IMG/VR virus record: IMGVR_UViG_3300030333_007705
Span: 10,016 to 74,015 of that record
Origin: a virus
DNA: 64,000 bases
Direction: 5' to 3' (one strand)
Shown: positions 23,229 through 32,786 of the stretch, piece after piece
Layout: each line of letters starts with the position of its first letter
Position numbering within the stretch: position 1 is the stretch's first letter
Position numbers and translations under genes: made by a program
The notes under the pieces: model-generated
Told to the model about the DNA's origin: nothing
What the model saw: the letters and a program-made list of their open reading frames with translations, nothing else
Databases searched by the model: none

Positions 23229-24158
23229 TCATTCATGATTTTCTCCTAGTAAGTCTCGCATTTTAAACAGCCCAAGTTCTTTGTGCTTGCACTCCAACAT
23301 AACATCCAAATCCAGATCGTAAAGATCGATCGGAGTCCAATAGGAATCAGAGTGCGCGTTGTCTCGAATCTTAGGGTCATTGTATTCGACGGATCTGGAC
23401 TGTGAGTAGTGTACGACAGGACGAACATCGCCCCATGTCATGCACGCAGTCAACAGAGCCTCTTCTTCGTCTTGGCCACCGGTGCAGAACTTGTGGTGGT
23501 GATAGTCGAAGACGATTGGAATCCCAATACGACTATGAACCTCGTCATATAGTTCCTTGGTTGAGTACAGGCTAGCCTTATCATCATTCTCGACGGTCAA
23601 CCTAGAGCGCACAGACTCAGATAGTCGCTCAAAGTTGCGACAAAAATTATCGATTGCCATCGGCTTGTTGTTATAGTGTGCGCCAACATGAATATTAATC
23701 TTGGCATAAGGCGTGCGCGGAAGACCCATGAGATCAAAAATCTTGCCATGATTTTCCAAGTCAACAATGGTGTTTGCTACAACATGTGGCGTCGGACTAG
23801 TGAGCTTGTTGAATGGACCAGGGTGCGTCGTAATGCGCTGACCATACAACTTTGCTAGATCGCCGGCGCGTCTAAGAGACGCGGCGATCGCTTTGAAGTC
23901 TGGCAACTCCTCTAGTTCATATTCACTGTACCAGGGTACAATATCTGAGGACATGCGATAAAACTTAATGTCATTGTCTTCGTTCCATTGTATGATACGC
24001 TCTAGGTCTAGACAGTTTTGTAGTGCCAACTCAGAGGCATACGGCAAACCTTTAGCATCAAAGGTCTTACGAATCATTGAGCGATTTGTAGTAACGCGCT
24101 TAGACTTGGGCTGGTTACTCAAGCCCATGTTGATGCATGCGTATCCTAGATTATACAT
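23229..24158 (-). CDS. uvsE: UV damage endonuclease
   Basis: LGYACIN, FYRMSS, HPGPF, IHVG, ENDD, FDYHHH, HYS, HSD, MLECKHKE. Confidence 0.93.
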   Translation of the reverse strand: MYNLGYACINMGLSNQPKSKRVTTNRSMIRKTFDAKGLPYASELALQNCLDLERIIQWNEDNDIKFYRMSSDIVPWYSEYELEELPDFKAIAASLRRAGDLAKLYGQRITTHPGPFNKLTSPTPHVVANTIVDLENHGKIFDLMGLPRTPYAKINIHVGAHYNNKPMAIDNFCRNFERLSESVRSRLTVENDDKASLYSTKELYDEVHSRIGIPIVFDYHHHKFCTGGQDEEEALLTACMTWGDVRPVVHYSQSRSVEYNDPKIRDNAHSDSYWTPIDLYDLDLDVMLECKHKELGLFKMRDLLGENHE

Positions 24159-24176
24159 ATTATCCTCGTGTGTGAA

Positions 24177-24253
24177 TGGTGGGCTCTCTCGGACTTGAAC
24201 CGAGGACTACCCCGTTATGAGCGGGGGGCTCTAACCAACTGAGCTAAGAGCCC
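24177..24253 (-). tRNA. tRNA with CAU anticodon, probably Ile2 (lysidine) rather than Met
   Basis: GGGCTCTTAGCTCAGTTGGTTAGAGC...CTCATAA...CCA; resembles bacterial Ile2 tRNAs. Confidence 0.88.
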
Positions 24254-24262
24254 GAAATATAA

Positions 24263-24349
24263 TGGTAGCCCCGGCGGGACTCGAACCCGCAAGCCCATAC
24301 GGGCGACAGATTTTAAGTCTGTTGTGTATGCCAATTCCACCACAGGGCC
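24263..24349 (-). tRNA. tRNA-Leu(UAA)
   Basis: Anticodon loop CTTAAAA, long variable arm, GGTTCGAGTCC, CCA. Confidence 0.95.
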
Positions 24350-24354
24350 GAGAC

Positions 24355-24648
24355 TTAACAGCTTGGTACTACGTAACAACCAGTCTTGTCACACTCTTCA
24401 AAAAACTTATCGACTGCTGTATCATATTCGGATCCAGAATCGATATCCGGCCCTGCATCATGCAAGACATCGGAATCATTATTCGAATCAGGTTCTGGCG
24501 TGGAATCAGTATCACGTTCTAGCTCCACGGGCACCAGAATAACCTCTGGGTCGCGATCTCCGAACTGTGCGCTGCACTCGCCTACAATGCCAGATGCAAT
24601 CACAATCATTGAAATTAAGGCAAACAGCCCTACCGCTTTGTAACTCAT
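24355..24648 (-). CDS. Membrane-anchored acidic hypothetical protein
   Basis: N-terminal TM segment; SD GAGGAGG. Confidence 0.65.
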   Translation of the reverse strand: MSYKAVGLFALISMIVIASGIVGECSAQFGDRDPEVILVPVELERDTDSTPEPDSNNDSDVLHDAGPDIDSGSEYDTAVDKFFEECDKTGCYVVPSC

Positions 24649-24700
24649 TTGTTCCTCCTCTTGACTTTAAGATAGACACAAACTTGTTTCTTGTAAACAC

Positions 24701-24874
24701 TTAGTCTTCGCTGGTTTCAATTAAGCGTGACAGCTTTGCTCTGATGGCGTTAACCATCTTGATCCTTGAATCAGGCGTACCGGACTGATAGTCGATTGCC
24801 TGACGAAGCAAGTAAAGCTCTTTCAAGACATTACGGATAACTTCGTCCTTCGGATCAGGAACATATACTCGCAT
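24701..24874 (-). CDS. 57-aa hypothetical protein (not in ORF track)
   Basis: SD AGGAGGAG; MRVYVPDPKDEVIRNVLKELYLLRQ... Confidence 0.6.
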   Translation of the reverse strand: MRVYVPDPKDEVIRNVLKELYLLRQAIDYQSGTPDSRIKMVNAIRAKLSRLIETSED

Positions 24875-24891
24875 CGAATACTCCTCCTAAA

Positions 24892-25035
24892 TCATATTTC
24901 TATGACGACAACTCCCCTGCTCTCGTCGTCACGCTTTTCTGACTCTTCTTGTTGTTTCTTAGCCCACTCCTCAAAGCGGCGCCGCTCCTCCTCAGAAGGC
25001 GCAGGGATCTGTAGGTATGGGCGCTCTTGAGTCAT
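24892..25035 (-). CDS. 47-aa hypothetical protein (not in ORF track)
   Basis: ATGA overlap; MTQERPYLQIPAP...RGVVVIEI. Confidence 0.6.
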   Translation of the reverse strand: MTQERPYLQIPAPSEEERRRFEEWAKKQQEESEKRDDESRGVVVIEI

Positions 25036-25217
25036 CGACCTTGACCCCTGCTTGGCTTACGCCGGCGACGTGCTGCTGAAGGGGGTGAACCGGCTCGCTG
25101 ACCGTTGATAAAAGTCTCTCCGCCAGCCGCCGGCTTCTTACTGTACTTGCCCTCGCCCTGTCTCGTAGTCTTCTTCTCGCTTAGAGAAGAACTCTTTGGG
25201 TTTCCATATCTAGACAT
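25032..25217 (-). CDS. Small basic protein
   Basis: SD AGGAG; K/R-rich. Confidence 0.6.
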   Translation of the reverse strand: MSRYGNPKSSSLSEKKTTRQGEGKYSKKPAAGGETFINGQRAGSPPSAARRRRKPSRGQGR

Positions 25218-25656
25218 TGAATAACTCCTTTTCTATTGCTCTGTCCATCATTGTGATTCCGTGCAAATGGTCAATCTCGTGCTGGACGCAAACACACTCA
25301 AGCGGATTTTTTTGAAAAGAAAAAATCAACTGCTTGTTGTGATTAGATGCGTCGACAACAATATCTGTCCATCGCTCAGTAATAACATAGTCACCGGGAA
25401 AGGACAAACAACCCTCTTGAAAAAAGCTTTTTCCAAAATGGCCTACAATCCTGGGATTGACTAAGATAATCGGGCGCACAACATTTACAACGCACACGGC
25501 AGCGTCGACACCAACTTGGTTTGCTGCAAGCCCGACGCCATCTTTGTTTTCTTTTAGGATTTCTAAAAGCCTGTTACCAACGACCAAGCCTTCGGTCACT
25601 GTTGCACAAGGTTTGACGACCCTCTTAAGGATCTTCTGGTCGGTGACGTACTCCAC
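25210..25656 (-). CDS. def: Peptide deformylase
   Basis: GVGLAANQVG, EGCLS, QHEIDHLHG; start uncertain (25656 or 25692). Confidence 0.92.
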   Translation of the reverse strand: MEYVTDQKILKRVVKPCATVTEGLVVGNRLLEILKENKDGVGLAANQVGVDAAVCVVNVVRPIILVNPRIVGHFGKSFFQEGCLSFPGDYVITERWTDIVVDASNHNKQLIFSFQKNPLECVCVQHEIDHLHGITMMDRAIEKELFNV

Positions 25657-25772
25657 TATGTCCCGACTCCATTCTCTAGAATGTATAAGCATAAAAATAA
25701 ACTTGAAACTAGGGCAACCATCCAGAACCTAACTCTTCGCTCTGACTGGTCATTTTCCATCTTTAAGCCCCC

Positions 25773-26402
25773 CTAACAATAAATAGGAGGCTGCGGCTTC
25801 TGCTGCCTTATAAATAACTTTGCGATGTAAAAACTTAAAACCGCAGTAGCGATGCCAGAAACAACATCGGCAACAAAATGCTGTTTAATCACCAGGGTAG
25901 AGAAAGAGATACCAATTGCCCATAGCAAGAAAAACCTGCTAATGAATGGATTCTCTTTTGCATATTTTGTCTTCCGTGCGGCCAAAAACATCAGCCACGA
26001 AAAAGCAACATGGCCAGACGGGAATGTATTACTCGCACCGTCTATTGTGCGAGTAAATTCAACTAAAGTCTCATGCACATTTGTAACCTCAAATGGCGCG
26101 CGCGGATATATCGCCGGCGCCGCGATATGAAATACTGACATAAGCAGGCCGGCCACTATGCAAGCCCAAAATGTCTGCATAAAAAGTGCTCGATGTTGTA
26201 TATACCCCACCATAACCATGGCTATACAGACAGGCAGCGTATGATACACCCAGACAAACTCGGGCATAAAAGGGATCGCACCATCAATCTCAGTCCAATA
26301 GTCAACTTGTGTCTGGTGGACGAAATATTGAATGGTGTAATAGATGACAAGGTAGGCAAGGAACAACAATGCTGTGTAGATTACCTTGCCATGTCTCGAC
26401 AT
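25773..26402 (-). CDS. PAP2-family membrane phosphatase/phosphotransferase
   Basis: Multiple TM segments; FPSGHV; KQHFVADV. Confidence 0.85.
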   Translation of the reverse strand: MSRHGKVIYTALLFLAYLVIYYTIQYFVHQTQVDYWTEIDGAIPFMPEFVWVYHTLPVCIAMVMVGYIQHRALFMQTFWACIVAGLLMSVFHIAAPAIYPRAPFEVTNVHETLVEFTRTIDGASNTFPSGHVAFSWLMFLAARKTKYAKENPFISRFFLLWAIGISFSTLVIKQHFVADVVSGIATAVLSFYIAKLFIRQQKPQPPIYC

Positions 26403-26427
26403 AGAGATCTCCTGCAACAAAAGAGAG

Positions 26428-26463
26428 GGAATGAGGTGCGCAAGATTTTACACACCTCATTCC
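26428..26463. terminator. Strong hairpin downstream of Hsp20
   Basis: GGAATGAGGTG...CACCTCATTCC 11-bp inverted repeat followed by CTCTCTTTT on the minus strand. Confidence 0.5.
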
Positions 26464-26510
26464 TTAACTATCTAAATAAACAGGAAAAAGTTATTTTTTT
26501 TTGAAAAAAT

Positions 26511-26933
26511 TTACTTAATTTCAATGTTTAATGGGCGTGCCTCTTCCTTGCGTGGAAGAACCAACGTAAGAAGCCCGTTATTGAACTCTGCTGTAGTATT
26601 ATTTAGATTGAGATTGTTGTCATAGTTGACATAAGTTTTTGTAAAACTTCGCCTAGCAATCCGACGAGCATCATCATTCTCGCTAGCGCGGGATGCACTA
26701 ACAGTGATGGTGTTTTTCTCTGGCTTGATCTCGATAGACAAGTCTTCCTTGGAAAAGCCCGCCAAAGCGAACTCCATAACGGTGTCACCTGTGTCATTCT
26801 GATACAGGTCAGCAACAGGATAACCTTTGGTTGTTCTATTCGTTAGAGCAGAAAAATCCATAGCATCAAACAAATCATCAAAAACGCTCCTACCAAGAAG
26901 GCTAGGGCGGTAAGTGGCAAGTGTTGTATTCAT
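26511..26933 (-). CDS. Small heat-shock protein Hsp20
   Basis: YPVADL, ALAGFSKEDL, RSF, AEFNNGLLTL. Confidence 0.92.
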   Translation of the reverse strand: MNTTLATYRPSLLGRSVFDDLFDAMDFSALTNRTTKGYPVADLYQNDTGDTVMEFALAGFSKEDLSIEIKPEKNTITVSASRASENDDARRIARRSFTKTYVNYDNNLNLNNTTAEFNNGLLTLVLPRKEEARPLNIEIK

Positions 26934-27037
26934 AATATTTTCTCCTTAAAAAAGCAAGTTAATAAGCAAAAGCCCCTTGCAGCAGCAAATGCTCTTTTAT
27001 ACTATAAGAACATTTTTTTAATAGTCAAGAAAAATAT

Positions 27038-27373
27038 TTATTTCCACATCACCTGTATTGTTATTATGGCGACGGAGAGCACCAAACACACCATAGTCTT
27101 GGGAACCAGTATAGACTCCTTTAACAGTGCGTAGGTCAATATTGCAAACACCATGTTAGATACCCCGAAACCGATCAGTTTGGAGGACCACAACAAGCCA
27201 GTCGCATCTACGATGTGTCGGATGGCATACCAAAAGCAAAGACCCATCGGGACAGCAAAAATAATGTTTGACAACATGGGTCGCGAAGACCACCAGGGCC
27301 AAACAAATTGTGAATTAAATTGAAACCAAGCAAGTACGTTGCCCAGCAAAAATAACATTACACCAGCAAACAT
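27038..27373 (-). CDS. Small 4-TM membrane protein (DMT/SMR-like)
   Basis: Four hydrophobic segments in 111 aa. Confidence 0.7.
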   Translation of the reverse strand: MFAGVMLFLLGNVLAWFQFNSQFVWPWWSSRPMLSNIIFAVPMGLCFWYAIRHIVDATGLLWSSKLIGFGVSNMVFAILTYALLKESILVPKTMVCLVLSVAIITIQVMWK

Positions 27374-27384
27374 TCTTCACCCCG

Positions 27385-27738
27385 CTAATGAATAGAGGTA
27401 GATATAGACAACTTGTTAAGCTCGCTGACAGCATGGTGCCTAGCTAAAACAATGTTCTGTAAAGTCAAGATTGTGTTTTCTAAAACCATCAAATGTTCGC
27501 CTTGTCCCTCATCAGGCATAGAAACCGCACTTTCAATTTCTTTCTCAAGGAGAGATATTAGTGTTAAGTTAGACCAGATCATCTCACAAAACAAACTGAA
27601 AATGTAGCTTTTGCTCTCCTCCTCTGCATCGAGGAGCATGTCTTTTGTCAAGTTCTTCACCACGTCATATTGTTGCTGAGTCTCTACAAGAAGCTCAACT
27701 AAAAACTCGAAAGACAGCGAATATACCTTGTTACTCAT
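27385..27738 (-). CDS. Hypothetical protein
   Basis: Coupled ORF. Confidence 0.65.
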   Translation of the reverse strand: MSNKVYSLSFEFLVELLVETQQQYDVVKNLTKDMLLDAEEESKSYIFSLFCEMIWSNLTLISLLEKEIESAVSMPDEGQGEHLMVLENTILTLQNIVLARHHAVSELNKLSISTSIH

Positions 27739-27979
27739 CTATTCCCAGGTGGTCAAGAAAGTCGGTGTACCCGCCAATAAACTTTACATCGTTACCGACG
27801 CGCTTAAAAATCATTGGTACAGTTCTCCAGTCGTGCACCTTTTTGATTTCTGCTAGAATGTTCTCTTGCTCCGGCTCAAAAACAACTTCGCCAAATTCCA
27901 AATCTCGTTCTTGCATGAGCTGTACGGCAGAAACGCAAAAGGGGCATCCAGGCTTAGAAAAAATTATATAACGATCCAT
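27731..27979 (-). CDS. Glutaredoxin
   Basis: CPFC, TVPMIF, IGGYTD. Confidence 0.92.
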   Translation of the reverse strand: MDRYIIFSKPGCPFCVSAVQLMQERDLEFGEVVFEPEQENILAEIKKVHDWRTVPMIFKRVGNDVKFIGGYTDFLDHLGIDE

Positions 27980-28273
27980 TTAGTTTGCCTCTCTCTTGTT
28001 TAGCTTTTCTGCTATTTGTTCTAATGGGCCAACAACATCAACCATCGTAGGTCCAGCGTTGGAGCGAATCAAGAACAAGCGCGTAAACTGAGTGTGCTCG
28101 CTCAAGCCATCCACCATAGGGGTGGTTCTTGAATTGTAATCTTCGTTAGCCCGGGCAACAATAACATGTTCTGGGTTAACAAGGGCGCGCCGAAGCGCAA
28201 AGTCTGTCTTTACTCGGCCAGCGACGGGATCATATTCTGACGCTGCTGAATATATTTCTGTAAGTTCAATCAT
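27980..28273 (-). CDS. Hypothetical protein
   Basis: 97-aa ORF in operon. Confidence 0.7.
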   Translation of the reverse strand: MIELTEIYSAASEYDPVAGRVKTDFALRRALVNPEHVIVARANEDYNSRTTPMVDGLSEHTQFTRLFLIRSNAGPTMVDVVGPLEQIAEKLNKREAN

Positions 28274-28276
28274 CTT

Positions 28277-28492
28277 TTATCCTGAAATTTCGTAAACATC
28301 TTTTGCCAATACTGTCCAGTGCTGATTCTCATAAATAACACTTAGGATTTTTGGATCAGAGCCAGCCTCAGTCAGCAACAAGTTTCTTGGCTTTTCAAGT
28401 TTCATGTAGGTTTGTATATCTCCGCTTTCACGAAATCTATACAAATAAACCCCCGAGGGTGCATGAACTAAATCGCCTTTCTTAAACTTCAT
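28277..28492 (-). CDS. SH3/KOW-like small protein
   Basis: FKKGDLV...YEIS. Confidence 0.7.
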   Translation of the reverse strand: MKFKKGDLVHAPSGVYLYRFRESGDIQTYMKLEKPRNLLLTEAGSDPKILSVIYENQHWTVLAKDVYEISG

Positions 28493-28796
28493 CTTCTTGC
28501 TCCTCGCCGACTGGAGCCGTAGCTTGTCTCATGTCCTCAGGCAAATCAGGCGCGGACAGCTGCGCAATAACATTGGCGTACCCCTGGAGCATGCTAGTAA
28601 CATCCTCAAGTTGACTATCGACGATGGCCAATCCAGATCGAACATGCTCAACAGAATCATTAAAAGCAGGCAAACTGGCTGTGGTCATGGGCGCTTTTGA
28701 TAGTTGCGCCAGCCTTCTCCTGATCAGGTGTATTAGTTCATCAATTTTAGCTGGCACCTCATCAAAATCAATAGTGTGCGTAATCTTAACTTTCAT
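28482..28796 (-). CDS. Hypothetical protein
   Basis: Coupled to GroEL. Confidence 0.7.
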   Translation of the reverse strand: MKVKITHTIDFDEVPAKIDELIHLIRRRLAQLSKAPMTTASLPAFNDSVEHVRSGLAIVDSQLEDVTSMLQGYANVIAQLSAPDLPEDMRQATAPVGEEQEDEV

Positions 28797-30369
28797 TTTC
28801 TATCTCCACAATAGCGTTGTTAGTAGTAATAAGGGTGGAAGCAACAGAGACGGCATTCCTGAGTGCGGTTATGGTAACCTTAGCCGGATCGATGATTCCT
28901 GCTTCCATCATGTCGACAACCTCCCCGCTGGCAAAATTCCAACCGAAGCCTTCTTTCTCTTGTTGTTCCTGAAGCCTGGAGATGATCAAGTCTGAGCTTT
29001 CCCCCGCGTTCGAAGCCATCTGTCTAATCGGTGCTTCGAGGCTTCTCTTTAATATCTCAGCCCCGAATCTCTGATCTTCGTTTTCTAATTCAAACTCCAG
29101 CTTGCGACAATTCAACAACGTCGATCCGCCGCCGGGGACAATCCCTTGTTCTTGGGCTGCTCGTACTGCCTCCAGCGCATCTTCAATACGGTGCTTTTTC
29201 TCTGTCATTTCAACTTCCGTTGGAGCACCTACCTTAATTATTGCAACACCACTGTTTAGCCTAGTGATGCGCTCCTGCAGGCGCCGGCACTCCTCCATGT
29301 CTTCTGTTTGCTTTATCTCAGACTTGAGAGACTCTATCCTCTCTTCAATAGCTGGCCAGTCGGAGTTGCCGTCAACAATGGTGGTGAAATTTTTCATAAT
29401 CTCAATTCTCTTACATGTACCCAAGTCAACCAGCTTTACGTCACCTAGCTTTTTTCCTGATTCACGAGACACAAAATTAGCTCCGGTGGCCAGGCAAAGG
29501 TCCCTCATGATGTCCCTTCGCTCATTGCCGTATCTAGGAGCCTTGACAGCGGCGACCCTCATTGTGCCACGAACTGCGTTCATAATTAACGCTGCCAGGG
29601 CTTGACCCTCGACTTCTTCAGCGACAATCACAAAAGGCTTTGCTTCGCGAGAAACAAGCTCTAGAATAGGGAATATATCATTTACGTTTTCTATCTTGTG
29701 ATCTGTAACAAGCATGAGAACATCATCATAATCAACAATGTTTCTTTTTTCATCTGTAACAAACGCTCTAGCAAAATATCCAGAATCAAATCTAAAGCCC
29801 TCGACAACATCAAGACTTGTTTGTTCGGCCTTGGCTTCTTCGATAGTGATAGCGCCGTCGGCTCCGGCCTGATCGGCAGCAGTGGCAATGAGTTTACCAA
29901 TAGAGGCGTCGTTGTTAGCTGAAATTGTTGCAACATGTTCTATCTCTTCGAATGACGAGACGGGCGTGGCCTGATGTTCAATCTCATTTACAATTTTCTC
30001 TAGCGCGTGGTCCATGCCTCGCTTAAGCTCAATCGGAGAACTGCCGGCAATAATATATTTTTGTGCATTAGCTAGGATGTCTCTTGCCAGCACTGTAGAG
30101 GTAGTCGTGCCGTCCCCTGCAAGTGCGTTGGTTTGCAACGCTGCTTGCTTCAAGACCTCGGCACCCGCGTTCTCAACCGGATCGTCTAAGTGAACAAAGT
30201 TGGCAACAGTGACGCCGTCTTTTGTTATGACGGGGCTTACACCATTTTTATATAAAAGGACGTTTCGTCCGCGTGGGCCGAGCGTAGCTGCAACGTTGTC
30301 AGCCAACTTGTCGACTCCAGCGAGTAGTTTTTCTTGCAAAGCGCGGTCGTGCGCATAGACCTTAGTCAT
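28786..30369 (-). CDS. groEL: Chaperonin GroEL
   Basis: TLGPRGRNV, TKDGVTVA, AGDGTTT, GIVPGGG, GIIDP; promoter at 30385-30412. Confidence 0.96.
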   Translation of the reverse strand: MTKVYAHDRALQEKLLAGVDKLADNVAATLGPRGRNVLLYKNGVSPVITKDGVTVANFVHLDDPVENAGAEVLKQAALQTNALAGDGTTTSTVLARDILANAQKYIIAGSSPIELKRGMDHALEKIVNEIEHQATPVSSFEEIEHVATISANNDASIGKLIATAADQAGADGAITIEEAKAEQTSLDVVEGFRFDSGYFARAFVTDEKRNIVDYDDVLMLVTDHKIENVNDIFPILELVSREAKPFVIVAEEVEGQALAALIMNAVRGTMRVAAVKAPRYGNERRDIMRDLCLATGANFVSRESGKKLGDVKLVDLGTCKRIEIMKNFTTIVDGNSDWPAIEERIESLKSEIKQTEDMEECRRLQERITRLNSGVAIIKVGAPTEVEMTEKKHRIEDALEAVRAAQEQGIVPGGGSTLLNCRKLEFELENEDQRFGAEILKRSLEAPIRQMASNAGESSDLIISRLQEQQEKEGFGWNFASGEVVDMMEAGIIDPAKVTITALRNAVSVASTLITTNNAIVEIENES

Positions 30370-30426
30370 AGATACCTCATTAGTATTATAAGTCCAGATT
30401 ACCACAAGTCAATCTTTTTTTAAAGA

Positions 30427-32121
30427 TTAAGATTGCTTACCTGGGTCGATTTTTAAGCCAGACTCTTCAGCCGTTTTCTTTTGAATGTTTCCGGCAGAAT
30501 CAATAGACTTTCGAGCGTGCTCATCTTCTTTCAAGCCAGTTGCAAAATACGCCTGAATGTTTGTGGTCAAGTCTTTGAGGCTACCAAAGATCTCAAAAAT
30601 AGATTCATTAATAATCGCAATAACTCGATTCAACATGCCCTGAATAGCTTCAGGACCGATCTCAATTTCGGTTAAATACACCTCAGACTGGCCCTCGGGG
30701 AACAAGCCCTGGGTGTCTTGCTCGCCGTCGGGGCCCGCTGCAGCAGTGGCGATTCTTTCAACCATTGTGCGAGTCATTTCAAACTGATCTACGTTCGCAT
30801 AGCCGTAAGTATATTTGAGAGCCTTCTTTTTCTGAGCGGTGCTTAGGTTGTTGTACGCGACCTGCGACTCAGATATGAGATCTCGGCCTTCGACGCCAGT
30901 GAAGTAAGCGCTCTTGATGGCGGCCTGTCTCTTCAGCGCGGCTTCGGTAGCCGAATACTTCTTTCTTATTTGTTCATTTGCATCGATGATTGCATCTCGC
31001 ATAGCCTTTCTAGTTCTCGAAGTCGTCTTGGGTTCAGCAAGGAACTCAAGCTCTTTAATCTTAACATCTAATGGCGTAGCCGCGATAGAAGACTTGCCTC
31101 GAATGACTTCACCCTTGCCCCACATTTCATCATCTTTGGCATAGTTAACGGCCTGCACTAGGGCTTTAAAATCTATCTTGCCATAGATATCTTCAAGACC
31201 CCTAGTCTTGATTATTTTTGCCAAGTTTTCCAGAAACTCTTTTTCTAAAACTTCGGCACTTGGAAATTGTCCTGCTGATGGCAAGGCTTTCACCTTCCGA
31301 CCCTTTAGAAAAGCCTGAGGTAAGATTATACAACGGCGCGACTCCTTGCTGGAGTTGGCAATGATGTTAAACACGTTGTCCAGCGTGAAGTTAAATCTAT
31401 AAAATTTTAATACGCCAGCCTTCTGCAAGCCCTCGCCCTGCAAGGTCTTTGTAACGACGACATATTGCATTGGCTCGCCGGTAACTAAGTCGTTCACTAA
31501 GTCAACCCAGCTACCTCCGACCTTCACTGAGCCGTGATTGTAAAGCTTCAAGCTGATCGCTACCTGATTAGCGTCCTTGAGGTCTGCAATAGTACCCTCG
31601 CCAGTCGGCACCTGTGTGCCACCTAGCAACACTGCTAAGAAGGACTCAAAAGAAAAGCCGGCCGAGGAAGCATTAAAGTGGCCAATGATCGTTGTGAGCG
31701 TCTTGTAGAACACCAAGTAAGACATGACCTTGGAGATTCTTTCAGAGTTCGAAGTTCCCTCGTCCATACCCAGCATGCGAAATGACTCTTCGTCACCTTT
31801 ATAAAATCGTGAAAGGCTGTCGAGTTTATCTTTTAGATCTGCGCCCTGAATATTTCTTAGGAAATTGTGCAGTTGACCACGGGCAGTTTCATGGAAGCCT
31901 TCTTCCTCTTCGCCCACTGACACGTCAGACCAGCCAATTTCAGAAACAGGAATCTCTGGGATTGCCTGCATTGTGAGCGTGAACTTTTCTTGATTTTCGA
32001 AAAGCATTTGAAGCTTATCTCTACCCATTTCATATTCCGCGATCATCTCAAAGAGCATCTCTAGGTCAAGGTTGTCAGAGTAAAAGCTGTCTACAAGTGA
32101 ATTAATTTTTTCTTCATTCAT
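30427..32121 (-). CDS. Large late protein, possible PD-(D/E)xK-like nuclease domain
   Basis: CTATTTA 5 nt before ATG; GFSFESFLA...IAD...ISLK pattern. Confidence 0.7.
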   Translation of the reverse strand: MNEEKINSLVDSFYSDNLDLEMLFEMIAEYEMGRDKLQMLFENQEKFTLTMQAIPEIPVSEIGWSDVSVGEEEEGFHETARGQLHNFLRNIQGADLKDKLDSLSRFYKGDEESFRMLGMDEGTSNSERISKVMSYLVFYKTLTTIIGHFNASSAGFSFESFLAVLLGGTQVPTGEGTIADLKDANQVAISLKLYNHGSVKVGGSWVDLVNDLVTGEPMQYVVVTKTLQGEGLQKAGVLKFYRFNFTLDNVFNIIANSSKESRRCIILPQAFLKGRKVKALPSAGQFPSAEVLEKEFLENLAKIIKTRGLEDIYGKIDFKALVQAVNYAKDDEMWGKGEVIRGKSSIAATPLDVKIKELEFLAEPKTTSRTRKAMRDAIIDANEQIRKKYSATEAALKRQAAIKSAYFTGVEGRDLISESQVAYNNLSTAQKKKALKYTYGYANVDQFEMTRTMVERIATAAAGPDGEQDTQGLFPEGQSEVYLTEIEIGPEAIQGMLNRVIAIINESIFEIFGSLKDLTTNIQAYFATGLKEDEHARKSIDSAGNIQKKTAEESGLKIDPGKQS

Positions 32122-32135
32122 GTTTATAAATAGTC

Positions 32136-32786
32136 CTAAAAAATGATATCAGCAATTCCTAGCTTAACTGCCTCTTCGGCATCCAAATATACGTTGGTTT
32201 TTTTGTTCATCAGCCGCCTAACATATTTCTCATCCATGTTTGTTTCTTCAGCAAGGGCCCGGACATAAAGCTTCTGTGTCATCTTGGCTTCCTCAAACTC
32301 ATTGGCGATGTTCGCGAGATGGCCGTGCTGGCCGGAGATGACTCCGTGAATCATAACACGACAATTCTTCCCTATGTAGCGGTGGCCTTTTGTACCAGAC
32401 GCCAACAGCGGAACGCCAGCAGACATAACCTTGCCTAAGCCATGTGTATAGATGGGAGTTTTGTCTCTTATGGAGCGTATTGTGTCGTATACTGAAAACA
32501 TTTCTGCAGCGACGCCGCCGAAAGTAGATATGTAAAAGTCTATTGGTTTGTAAGTCTCAACTAGGCTTTTTTCAGGCTCGTCAGGATCCATAGCAACCAG
32601 CTCTTTGCCCATCTCATGAAGCGCGAGGAGGCCATAAATGGCTTCCGAGCAGCGCTCTTCTGTGATGTCACCATAAATACCAGTAAATCTTAAATCTTGC
32701 TTGTCCATATAGCTCATCAGAGTTGCTAACTCTTCATTCGATTTTTCTGTCTTTTCTTTCTTCTCACCTTCATTAAACTTGTTCAT
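32136..32786 (-). CDS. clpP: ClpP-like protease subunit
   Basis: FYISTFGG, GKVMSAG (Ser), MIHG (His), YLDAEEAVKLGIAD. Confidence 0.88.
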   Translation of the reverse strand: MNKFNEGEKKEKTEKSNEELATLMSYMDKQDLRFTGIYGDITEERCSEAIYGLLALHEMGKELVAMDPDEPEKSLVETYKPIDFYISTFGGVAAEMFSVYDTIRSIRDKTPIYTHGLGKVMSAGVPLLASGTKGHRYIGKNCRVMIHGVISGQHGHLANIANEFEEAKMTQKLYVRALAEETNMDEKYVRRLMNKKTNVYLDAEEAVKLGIADIIF

